Source of the DNA: an uncultured bacterium
GTDB taxonomy: Bacteria > Bacteroidota > Bacteroidia > NS11-12g > UBA9320
Direction: 5' to 3'
DNA: 36,152 nt
Assembly (NCBI GenBank): GCA_965368435.1
Contig: CBDUMX010000001.1
Span: 1-36,152, forward strand
This document shows positions 18,753-26,274 of this stretch, piece by piece; the stretch's first letter is position 1, and every line of letters begins with the position of its first letter. A program made the translations under genes and the position numbers. The notes under the pieces are model-generated. The model had not been told where the DNA came from. It worked only from the letters and a program-made list of their open reading frames with translations, and did no database searches.

Positions 18753-20457
18753 GCAAACATTTAAAGAAATTGGACTGAGGTCAGAATTACTCACGTCTAT
18801 CGAAGAAATGGGATTTGTTAATCCCACACCAATTCAACAATTAGCAATTCCACAAGTACTATCGTCAAAAGATGACTTAATTGCTTATGCACAAACAGGA
18901 ACCGGTAAAACAGCTGCATTCAGCTTACCTATCCTAAATCAAATCGATCCAAATCAAGAGGGAATTAAATGCATTATTCTAAGTCCAACTCGAGAATTAG
19001 GGATGCAGATTGCTAATGATATCAAGAGTTATGCAAAAAACTTTGCTAAACTCAAAGTAGTTCCTGTTTATGGAGGTGCTGGTATCGATAACCAAATTAA
19101 AGAACTTAAAAGAGGTTGCGATATTGTTGTTGGAACTCCAGGAAGAACCTTAGACCTCATCAACAGAAAAAGACTGAACCTTGAAAATGTACAGTGGTTA
19201 GTTTTAGATGAAGCAGATGAAATGCTATCAATGGGATTTGCTGATGATATGGACGCCATACTTGCAACTACTCCAGAGACTAAACAAACATTACTGTTCT
19301 CGGCTACTATGCCCAAGGAAATGTTGAAATTGGCTAAAAAATACATGCACAATCCGGTTGAAATATCAGCGGGAAGCAAGCAAGAAGCCAATCAAAATGT
19401 TCACCACATTTATTATAAGATAAACTCAAGAGACAGATATTCAGCACTTAAAAGAGCGGTAGATGTCAATCCTGATATTTATGGCATTATTTTCTGTAGA
19501 ACCCGTTCGGAGACTAAAAACGTAGCGGAAAAATTGGCCAGTGATGGTTATAATACAGATGCCTTGCACGGAGATCTTTCTCAGGCTCAAAGAGATTATG
19601 TGATGAATAGATTCCGCAATAGACAATTGCAATTACTAATTGCTACTGATGTTGCTGCGCGAGGTTTAGATGTTCAAGAACTTACCCATGTTATAAATTA
19701 CAATTTGCCTGATGAAGACGAAGTATACGTTCACAGAAGCGGTAGAACCGGTAGAGCTGAAAACGAAGGTATATCCTTGGTTTTGGTAAGTGGTAGAGAA
19801 GAATCTAGACTTAGATATATTGAGAAAAAAATTGGTAGAAAATTCGAGAGAGTTGATATACCAGGCGGAAAGGAAATATGTGAAAATCAGCTGTTTCACT
19901 TAATTGATAATATTATCAATACAGAAATAGTAGACAATCAAATTGACAGATTCTTACCTCAGGTTTATGAGCTTTTCGAATCAATGAGCAAGGAAGAATT
20001 GATTAGAAAGGTGGTTTCTGTAGAGTTTAATCAATTTTTAGAGTACTATCGAAATGCGCCAGATCTTAATAAAGCAAGTGAACGTGGTGACAGCAGAGGT
20101 AGAGAACGCGACCGCGACAGAAGCAGAAATCGCGGCGAAAGAAGCGAGCGTAAATTTAGTGATCGCGATGTAGACTTCACTAGATTTTTCATCAATCAAG
20201 GACAAAAAGATGGTTTTAACCCAAAAACATTAATGGGTGTAATCAATCAAAATATGCCTGGCAAATCTCCTGAGATTGGTCAAATAGAAATAATGAAAAT
20301 GTTCTCATTCTTTGAATTGGAATCTAAGCACGCTAAGGACTTGCTAAAAAGCATGAAAAATGCCGATTTCAAAGGACGTCCGATTTCAGTTGAAGAATCT
20401 CGCCCTAAAAAAGGCGGCGGGGGTGGCGGAGGCGGAAAACGCCGACGCAGAAGGTAA
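18751..20457 (+). CDS. deaD: DEAD-box ATP-dependent RNA helicase with DbpA-type C-terminal RNA-binding domain and Arg/Gly-rich tail
   Basis: 568 aa. Q motif GFVNPTPIQ, motif I AQTGTGKT, Ia PTRELG, II DEAD, III SAT, VI HRSGRTGR. RD/RS-rich linker, a DbpA-like domain, then GGGGGGGKRRRRR. Confidence 0.92.
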   Translation: MQTFKEIGLRSELLTSIEEMGFVNPTPIQQLAIPQVLSSKDDLIAYAQTGTGKTAAFSLPILNQIDPNQEGIKCIILSPTRELGMQIANDIKSYAKNFAKLKVVPVYGGAGIDNQIKELKRGCDIVVGTPGRTLDLINRKRLNLENVQWLVLDEADEMLSMGFADDMDAILATTPETKQTLLFSATMPKEMLKLAKKYMHNPVEISAGSKQEANQNVHHIYYKINSRDRYSALKRAVDVNPDIYGIIFCRTRSETKNVAEKLASDGYNTDALHGDLSQAQRDYVMNRFRNRQLQLLIATDVAARGLDVQELTHVINYNLPDEDEVYVHRSGRTGRAENEGISLVLVSGREESRLRYIEKKIGRKFERVDIPGGKEICENQLFHLIDNIINTEIVDNQIDRFLPQVYELFESMSKEELIRKVVSVEFNQFLEYYRNAPDLNKASERGDSRGRERDRDRSRNRGERSERKFSDRDVDFTRFFINQGQKDGFNPKTLMGVINQNMPGKSPEIGQIEIMKMFSFFELESKHAKDLLKSMKNADFKGRPISVEESRPKKGGGGGGGGKRRRRR

Positions 20458-20520
20458 ACTTCATCCTCTAAATAATAAACTTCAAAGAATAGTCAGTTGA
20501 ACTAAGACTATAGAATACCC

Positions 20521-20528
20521 TATTTTTG
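20521..20528 (+). promoter_or_regulatory. Candidate -7 box (TATTTTTG) for the caspase-family gene
   Basis: Matches TAnnTTTG 11 nt upstream of ATG 20540. A TTG at 20497-20499 lies 21 nt upstream and is a possible -33 element. Confidence 0.35.
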
Positions 20529-20539
20529 TTTTATACACT

Positions 20540-22249
20540 ATGAAGGTATTCAATCTTATCCTTTCATTATTCATTGCTTTACCAAGCTTTGCTGGAATTG
20601 GGCCGAGTTGGTCTACAAATAATCAAAGTTTAGCTAGCGGTGATTTATATGTATTCAGCATAGGTATAGACCTTTATAGCCATACAGGAATTTACAGCGA
20701 TTTTAATTTTTGCCGCAGCGATGCGCTGGCAATCTCAGCTAGAATAGGCGATGAATTCAACGACTTGATTCCCTCTCCTGGCGAGGAACACGGACTTTTA
20801 AAGACCTATACCCTACTAAATGAAAACGCAAATAATTTCATGATTAAAGAAGTCTTTAGGACAATTGCTCAAAGTGCAAAACCTGAAGATCATTTTATTT
20901 TCTTCTTTGCTGGTGTTACAATGAGCTCTAAAGATCAAGAATGGATTATACCTTATTATAATATTGAAACCGATAGTTCAGCTGACTCCACAGCTCCAAT
21001 AAGTGTAAGGCAACTAGCCAGTTGGATGGAGAATATTTCTTGTAAGAATCAACTTATTATTTCAGAAGCGGGCAATGGAGAAAATTTTGCGAGAAGATTA
21101 ATCAGCAATCTATTTGAGGATAATGCAATAATTGCTTCAGAATCCCAGAGAAATAGGCTGATACTCACCACAAATGGAATTGGACAAGAAAGCGTTAAAG
21201 TTTGTAAGAGCAATTTTAATGGAGGATACCTCGCCTCTTTCTTACTTCAGATGGATAAGATAATAAATGTGTTCAACACTCCAGAAAAGTTTGAATACCA
21301 CTTGATAAAAGAGGAGCTTAAATGCGATGAACATTTAGGTTCAAAAATGAATCGCATCTATTCTGCGCTCTATAAAGAATCTGATTTTCGTTGGCTATTA
21401 GTAGAACAGCAACTTGAATTAAAGAACCGAGGCGTTGAAGTTGAAGAAATCCAAGATTCTAATCAAACTGCTATCGACGCCCATATTCCCCAAAAATATG
21501 CTATTGTCATTAGCACCAATAAATATCCTTACGGTGGTTCTAGCTGGAAGGATTTGGATAACCCAAGAAATGATGCTATCGCCGTATCCCAATTGTTAAA
21601 AGACAGGTATGGCTTTGAAATTATTAGACTTCACGACATGCCTAAAGACAGCGTTACATGGCATATAAAAAATTTAAAGCGCAAGGTTCACGAAAGCGAT
21701 AAAGTACTGATATTCATTGCTGGACACGGCTATTACGATCAAGAATACAACGACGGTTTTTTAGTATTTTCTGATGGATTAGCACTCAACGATAAAAACG
21801 ACGATGCGGATTTAGATAGTTATCTACCTATGGCAAAGCTCCACAATCTTGTAAATGGAATGCCCTGTAAAAATGTGTTCATAATCTTCGATGTATGCTT
21901 CGGTGCCTCCTTCGATGTTTTCGCTCAAGATTTAAAACTAAGTGATTATTCTCATATCATGTTGGACGGCTCATTGGAAAGTTTCTGCGCTCGTAAAGAT
22001 TCATTGGTTTCCAGAATCTTCATCGCCTCTGGCAAAGGGGAAGTTCCTGATCATTGGAGCATGGACTTGCAGCACTCCCCATTTGCAGGTAAGCTAATAG
22101 TTGCCCTGCGAGAGGAAGAAGAGTTTTTCAGTCCAGGTAAAATCTATGAATATCTAGAAGGAAATGTAACAGAGCCAATTCTCAAACAATTCGGTACCCA
22201 ACATCATCCAAGAGGTGATTTTATTATCCCTGTGGTTACTCAAAATTAA
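20540..22249 (+). CDS. Exported caspase-family (peptidase C14) protein with a degenerate N-terminal caspase-like copy and an intact C-terminal copy
   Basis: 569 aa. Signal peptide MKVFNLILSLFIALPSFAG. The C-terminal copy has the His (IFIAGHG, H396, nt 21725-21727) and Cys (FIIFDVCFG, C453, nt 21896-21898) dyad. The N-terminal copy aligns block by block but reads FFFAGV and LIISEAGNG at those positions. Confidence 0.85.
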   Translation: MKVFNLILSLFIALPSFAGIGPSWSTNNQSLASGDLYVFSIGIDLYSHTGIYSDFNFCRSDALAISARIGDEFNDLIPSPGEEHGLLKTYTLLNENANNFMIKEVFRTIAQSAKPEDHFIFFFAGVTMSSKDQEWIIPYYNIETDSSADSTAPISVRQLASWMENISCKNQLIISEAGNGENFARRLISNLFEDNAIIASESQRNRLILTTNGIGQESVKVCKSNFNGGYLASFLLQMDKIINVFNTPEKFEYHLIKEELKCDEHLGSKMNRIYSALYKESDFRWLLVEQQLELKNRGVEVEEIQDSNQTAIDAHIPQKYAIVISTNKYPYGGSSWKDLDNPRNDAIAVSQLLKDRYGFEIIRLHDMPKDSVTWHIKNLKRKVHESDKVLIFIAGHGYYDQEYNDGFLVFSDGLALNDKNDDADLDSYLPMAKLHNLVNGMPCKNVFIIFDVCFGASFDVFAQDLKLSDYSHIMLDGSLESFCARKDSLVSRIFIASGKGEVPDHWSMDLQHSPFAGKLIVALREEEEFFSPGKIYEYLEGNVTEPILKQFGTQHHPRGDFIIPVVTQN

Positions 22250-22277
22250 AGGCTCATTTTTACGCTTGCCTTTTTTT
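22248..22277 (+). terminator. Possible weak intrinsic terminator after the caspase-family gene
   Basis: AAAGGC (22248-22253) pairs with GCCTTT (22268-22273) and is followed by a T-run. The stem is short and the loop is 14 nt, so the call is marginal. Confidence 0.3.
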
Positions 22278-22294
22278 GTGCTTATTAAAAGAAT

Positions 22295-22302
22295 TAGCTT
22301 TG
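22295..22302 (+). promoter_or_regulatory. Candidate -7 box (TAGCTTTG) for dapD
   Basis: Matches TAnnTTTG 7 nt upstream of ATG 22310. A TTTG at 22275-22278 is a possible -33 element, but the 16-nt spacer is short. Confidence 0.3.
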
Positions 22303-22309
22303 CCCATCG

Positions 22310-23125
22310 ATGGAAAATTTAAGAAAAATCGTTGAAGCTGCATGGGAAGATAGAAGCCTACTAAAGCAAGAATCTACACAACAAAATATACGAGAAGTTA
22401 TAAAGCACATAGATACTGGTGATTTGAGATGTGCTGAACCCAGTGATGCTGGATGGAAAGTAAATGATTGGGTTAAAAAAACAGTAATACTGTACTTCCC
22501 CATTCAGGAAATGCAGACCATAGAAGTTGGACCTTTTGAATTTCACGATAAAATGAAACTCAAATCTAACTACGCTGAACTTGGTGTTAGAGTTGTTCCT
22601 CATGCAGTTGCTCGTTATGGCTCATATATTGCTCCAGGAGTTGTCATGATGCCTTCTTATGTCAACATAGGTGCATACGTGGACAGTGGAACTATGGTCG
22701 ACACCTGGGCTACTGTAGGTAGTTGTGCTCAAATAGGTAAGAATGTGCACTTAAGCGGTGGCGTTGGAATAGGTGGAGTCTTAGAGCCTGTACAAGCCGC
22801 TCCGGTTATCATAGAAGACAATGCATTCATAGGAAGTAGATGTATAATCGTTGAAGGAGTTCATATTGGGACAGAAGCAGTCATTGGTGCTGGTGTAACA
22901 CTCACTCAAAGCACAAAAATTATTGACGTTTCTGGCAAAGAAGCAAAGACATATAAAGCTTTTGTTCCTCCTCGCTCTGTAGTTATACCAGGCACTCTGC
23001 AGAAAGAGTTTAATGCAGGTTCTTATGGAGTCAATTGCGCATTAATTATTGGAGAAAGAAAAGAAAGTACGGATAAAAAAACATCTTTAAATGATGTTTT
23101 GAGAGACTTCAATGTTGCGGTATAA
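22310..23125 (+). CDS. dapD: 2,3,4,5-tetrahydropyridine-2,6-dicarboxylate N-succinyltransferase
   Basis: 271 aa. N-terminus EAAWEDRSLL......IREVI..ID.G.LR.AEP. Hexapeptide-repeat body (GAYVDSGTMVDTWATVGSCAQIGKNVHLSGGVGIGGVLEP). Confidence 0.9.
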   Translation: MENLRKIVEAAWEDRSLLKQESTQQNIREVIKHIDTGDLRCAEPSDAGWKVNDWVKKTVILYFPIQEMQTIEVGPFEFHDKMKLKSNYAELGVRVVPHAVARYGSYIAPGVVMMPSYVNIGAYVDSGTMVDTWATVGSCAQIGKNVHLSGGVGIGGVLEPVQAAPVIIEDNAFIGSRCIIVEGVHIGTEAVIGAGVTLTQSTKIIDVSGKEAKTYKAFVPPRSVVIPGTLQKEFNAGSYGVNCALIIGERKESTDKKTSLNDVLRDFNVAV

Positions 23126-24190
23126 ATGAAAATTGGTTTCGACGCTAAACGGTATTTCAACAATTCAACGGGTTTGGGAAACTATTCTCGATGGTTGGTT
23201 GATGGACTGATTAGCTTAAAAACCCAAAACGAATTTCACCTCTTTACAACCGATAAGGTACAGCGGCCAAAAAATATAGAACATCTGCATTTTGCGCCTA
23301 ACAGCTTATTTAGGTCGATATGGCGAAGCTGGCTCATAGTAAAAACGTTAAAATCCAAAGGTATAAATCTATACCATGGCTTGAGTAATGAATTGCCATA
23401 CGGTATTCACAAAAGTGGAATTAAATCCATAGTTACGATTCACGATTTAATCCAAAAACACTATCCTGAAAATTACAGTTGGATAGATAGAAGTATTTAT
23501 AATAGGAAGATAAAATATGCGGTAAAGTGTGCCGATGCCATCGTAGTTCCGAGCCAGCAGACAAAAAATGATCTTGTTGCACTATTTCAAGCAGATGCAA
23601 GCAAAATCCACTGCATACCATTAGGAATTACTAGCTTGCCAACTACCAGTGCTCAACCTGCGGTTGCTGAGCCATATATACTATGTGTCAGTGGCTTGTC
23701 GAGGAGAAAAAATATAATACGATTGATCAAAGCATTTAATGATTCTGAGATTAAGGACTATAAATTAGTAATCGCGGGCAAAAAAGGAGATGCATATCTC
23801 AGAATTCGCAAACTCATAGAGAACAAAAAGAATATAATACTCAAAACAGATTTAAGCATAGAGGAGATACATCAGCTTTATGCTCATGCCGTTTTCTGCG
23901 TATATCCTTCAGTGTATGAAGGTTTCGGAATTCCTATATTAGAATCCTTCCAGCATGGAAAAACAATGGCTACATCAAAAATCAGTAGCTTACCTGAAGT
24001 AGGTGGAGAAGCAGCCTTGTATTTCAACCCTAAAAGCACTTCGAGTATTACCAAGGCTTTAGAGACATTGGCATTTAGCAAGAGCCATCGAGAACATTTA
24101 GAATTGAAGATTCCAGAGCAACTCAAGAAATTTGAAAGTGGCTCGATACTAAACAGCTATATAACTCTATATCAAGATATTAGCTTATAA
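23126..24190 (+). CDS. GT4-family (GT-B fold) glycosyltransferase
   Basis: 354 aa. Starts on the base after the dapD stop. C-terminal E-x7-E motif (EGFGIPILE) and a LPEVGGEAALYF block. Confidence 0.85.
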   Translation: MKIGFDAKRYFNNSTGLGNYSRWLVDGLISLKTQNEFHLFTTDKVQRPKNIEHLHFAPNSLFRSIWRSWLIVKTLKSKGINLYHGLSNELPYGIHKSGIKSIVTIHDLIQKHYPENYSWIDRSIYNRKIKYAVKCADAIVVPSQQTKNDLVALFQADASKIHCIPLGITSLPTTSAQPAVAEPYILCVSGLSRRKNIIRLIKAFNDSEIKDYKLVIAGKKGDAYLRIRKLIENKKNIILKTDLSIEEIHQLYAHAVFCVYPSVYEGFGIPILESFQHGKTMATSKISSLPEVGGEAALYFNPKSTSSITKALETLAFSKSHREHLELKIPEQLKKFESGSILNSYITLYQDISL

Positions 24191-24324
24191 AACAAGCTCT
24201 CAAATCGGCTTTTATCTGACTCCTTCATGACATTTTTAGAAAAGGCAAAAACTAATTTTGTAATAGAAATACTATTGGATTATATCCAAGGTAAAATATT
24301 TCAGTTTTAGTTTTTGGTTTCAGG

Positions 24325-24353
24325 AAGAGGGTTAACAAACCCTCTTTTTGTTT
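24325..24353 (+). terminator. Rho-independent terminator ending the dapD-glycosyltransferase unit
   Basis: AAGAGGGTT (24325-24333), AACA loop, AACCCTCTT (24338-24346): a perfect 9-bp stem followed by TTTGTTT. Confidence 0.75.
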
Positions 24354-24441
24354 ATATAGACTTCCTTATTTATACCAAATCTAAACATTTTAAATGTGAA
24401 TTAATTGGTAAAAGTGTATTAGGTAAATTTAATTTTCAAGG

Positions 24442-24449
24442 TATTTTTG
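24442..24449 (+). promoter_or_regulatory. Candidate -7 box (TATTTTTG) for the cytochrome oxidase operon
   Basis: Matches TAnnTTTG 30 nt upstream of ATG 24480. Its position argues against the upstream ORF-track start at 24447. Confidence 0.35.
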
Positions 24450-24467
24450 CCGCCAATAGATACCAAA

Positions 24468-24480
24468 TTGATACTATCAA
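24468..24480 (+). promoter_or_regulatory. Perfect 13-bp palindrome TTGATA-C-TATCAA abutting the coxII start codon (candidate operator)
   Basis: Read directly: the 6-bp arms are exact reverse complements. The half-sites TTGAT/ATCAA resemble CRP/FNR-family boxes but with 3-nt rather than 4-nt spacing. The last A is the A of ATG 24480. Confidence 0.4.
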
Positions 24481-26270
24481 TGCAATTCAAACCAAAAACA
24501 CCAGCTAAGCTGTTGCTAGTCGCGCTTAGTTTATTCATTGCTACATCAACCTTCGCATTCAAAAACAACCTCAGTAAACAAGTTAATGGAGAAGATCCTA
24601 CTGAAGCTCGTATAGAAGAAGGTAGTAAACTGTTCAAATCAAATTGTGCTTCTTGTCACGCACTCGACGGCAAAGTGATTGGTCCAGCACTTGGAGACGT
24701 AGTGAGTAAATACGGAGAAGACTACGAATGGCTAACTGCTTGGATTAAAAACAACGATAAACTCAGAAAAAGTGGAGATGAAAGAGCAATAGCCATCTAT
24801 GATGAATATGGCGGTCAAGCTATGAACGTTTTTGAAAATTTATCTGACGCTCAAATTACTTCCATTCTCATGTGGATTGAGAACGGCGGCGATGGCGACG
24901 CTCCAGCTAAAGAAGAAACTGAAGTTATTGCCGAGCCTATTGACGAAGGAGTCTTTAATAAGGTGAATTTCAGCTTGGTAGCTTTGGCAATATTAATTTT
25001 CGTAATACTACTTCTAATCATTGGTATCTTAGAATTGGTAGGAAATATTACAGGCCGACAAATATTAGATTGGAACAATATAAACGCATTTATGATGATT
25101 CTTTTTGTCCTTGCGTTTTTCTCTCTAGTAATTTATGAATACAGCATTCACAAGCAATATTTATTACCAGAATCCGCATCAGAACACGGTCTAGAATTGG
25201 ACAAGATGATGAAATGGACTTATATAGCAACCATTCCAGTATTCTTTATAACCCAATTCCTGCTATTCTGGTTCTCGTTTAGATATAGACATAATAAGAA
25301 TAGAAAAGCCTATTACTATCCGCATAACAACAACTTAGAGTATATATGGACATTTATACCAGCTGTTGTTTTAACTATTTTAGTTTTAGGTGGGTTGAAG
25401 ACTTGGAAACAAATCGTTAGAACAGAACCAGCTGCGGATATACCTAAAATTGAAGTATTTGCCTACCAATTTGGATGGCAAGCTCGCTATCCTGGCGACG
25501 ACGGTGCGCTTGGAAAGGCTGATTACAATTTAATATCCGGAACTAATCCACTTGGTGTTGCCAACATTGAGTATGCAAAAGGATTGGTCGAAGAATTAAA
25601 GCAAGAAATAAAAGATATTGAAAAAAGAATTGAAGGTCTTGGAAAAGAAGAAGCTAAATTAAGAGCTACTCTCGGTGGTCGCGTTGGTAAAGACAGAAAA
25701 GATCATTTGAGAAAGATAGAAACGTACTCCTCTGGGGAAGTTGAAGATGATTTAAGATTGACAATCAGAGCTCGACACACACAAATTGAGCGAATTGAAA
25801 AATCTATATCAGCAGCAAGCCAAAGTGGTTTCTATGACGGTAAAGGAAATGATGATGTTGTTGTGCAAGAAATTCACCTAATCAAGGGACAGCCAGTAAC
25901 CATGAAATTTAGAGCTCGAGATGTTATACATTCAGCTTATTTGCCATATTTCAGAGCGCAAATGAACGTGGTTCCGGGTTTACCTACACAATTCACTTTC
26001 ACACCGAATAAATCAACAGAGGATATGCGCAAGATAAAAGGCGATCCTGAATTTGATTACTACCTAGTATGCAACAAAATATGCGGAAATGCTCACTTCA
26101 ACATGAAATTAAAAGTGATAGTTGAAGATGAAGCCAGTTATAAAATTTGGATGAATCAGCAATCGGGTCTATTTACTAAGAAAGCTGAGGAAACCGAAGC
26201 TCCAGTGGAAACAGAAGAAAATACAGAATCAACAGAAGAAACAAATCAAGAAGCAATAGCAAGAAACTAA
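24480..26270 (+). CDS. ctaC: Cytochrome c oxidase subunit II with N-terminal monoheme cytochrome c domain and an insertion in the cupredoxin domain
   Basis: Heme c motif CASCH at nt 24645-24659. Four hydrophobic helices. The QFGWQARY block follows the last helix. CuA ligands are H (DVIHSAY) and C-x3-C-G-x2-H-x2-M (CNKICGNAHFNM). The likely start is the MQFKPK ATG at 24480, followed by a signal peptide. Confidence 0.9.
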   Translation: MQFKPKTPAKLLLVALSLFIATSTFAFKNNLSKQVNGEDPTEARIEEGSKLFKSNCASCHALDGKVIGPALGDVVSKYGEDYEWLTAWIKNNDKLRKSGDERAIAIYDEYGGQAMNVFENLSDAQITSILMWIENGGDGDAPAKEETEVIAEPIDEGVFNKVNFSLVALAILIFVILLLIIGILELVGNITGRQILDWNNINAFMMILFVLAFFSLVIYEYSIHKQYLLPESASEHGLELDKMMKWTYIATIPVFFITQFLLFWFSFRYRHNKNRKAYYYPHNNNLEYIWTFIPAVVLTILVLGGLKTWKQIVRTEPAADIPKIEVFAYQFGWQARYPGDDGALGKADYNLISGTNPLGVANIEYAKGLVEELKQEIKDIEKRIEGLGKEEAKLRATLGGRVGKDRKDHLRKIETYSSGEVEDDLRLTIRARHTQIERIEKSISAASQSGFYDGKGNDDVVVQEIHLIKGQPVTMKFRARDVIHSAYLPYFRAQMNVVPGLPTQFTFTPNKSTEDMRKIKGDPEFDYYLVCNKICGNAHFNMKLKVIVEDEASYKIWMNQQSGLFTKKAEETEAPVETEENTESTEETNQEAIARN

Positions 26271-26274
26271 AACT

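Noticed and set aside
19068-19391. 107-aa minus-strand ORF
   Set aside because: It is antisense to the DEAD-box helicase core motifs. It has no recognisable motifs and is a shadow ORF.
20413-20454. G-rich tract (possible G-quadruplex or repeat)
   Set aside because: It is simply the coding sequence for the GGGGGGGKRRRRR tail of the helicase. It is not repeated elsewhere.
24447-24479. Upstream start for coxII proposed by the ORF track
   Set aside because: It overlaps the candidate -7 box at 24442-24449. The ATG at 24480 gives a normal signal peptide (MQFKPKTPAKLLLVALSLFIATSTFA).
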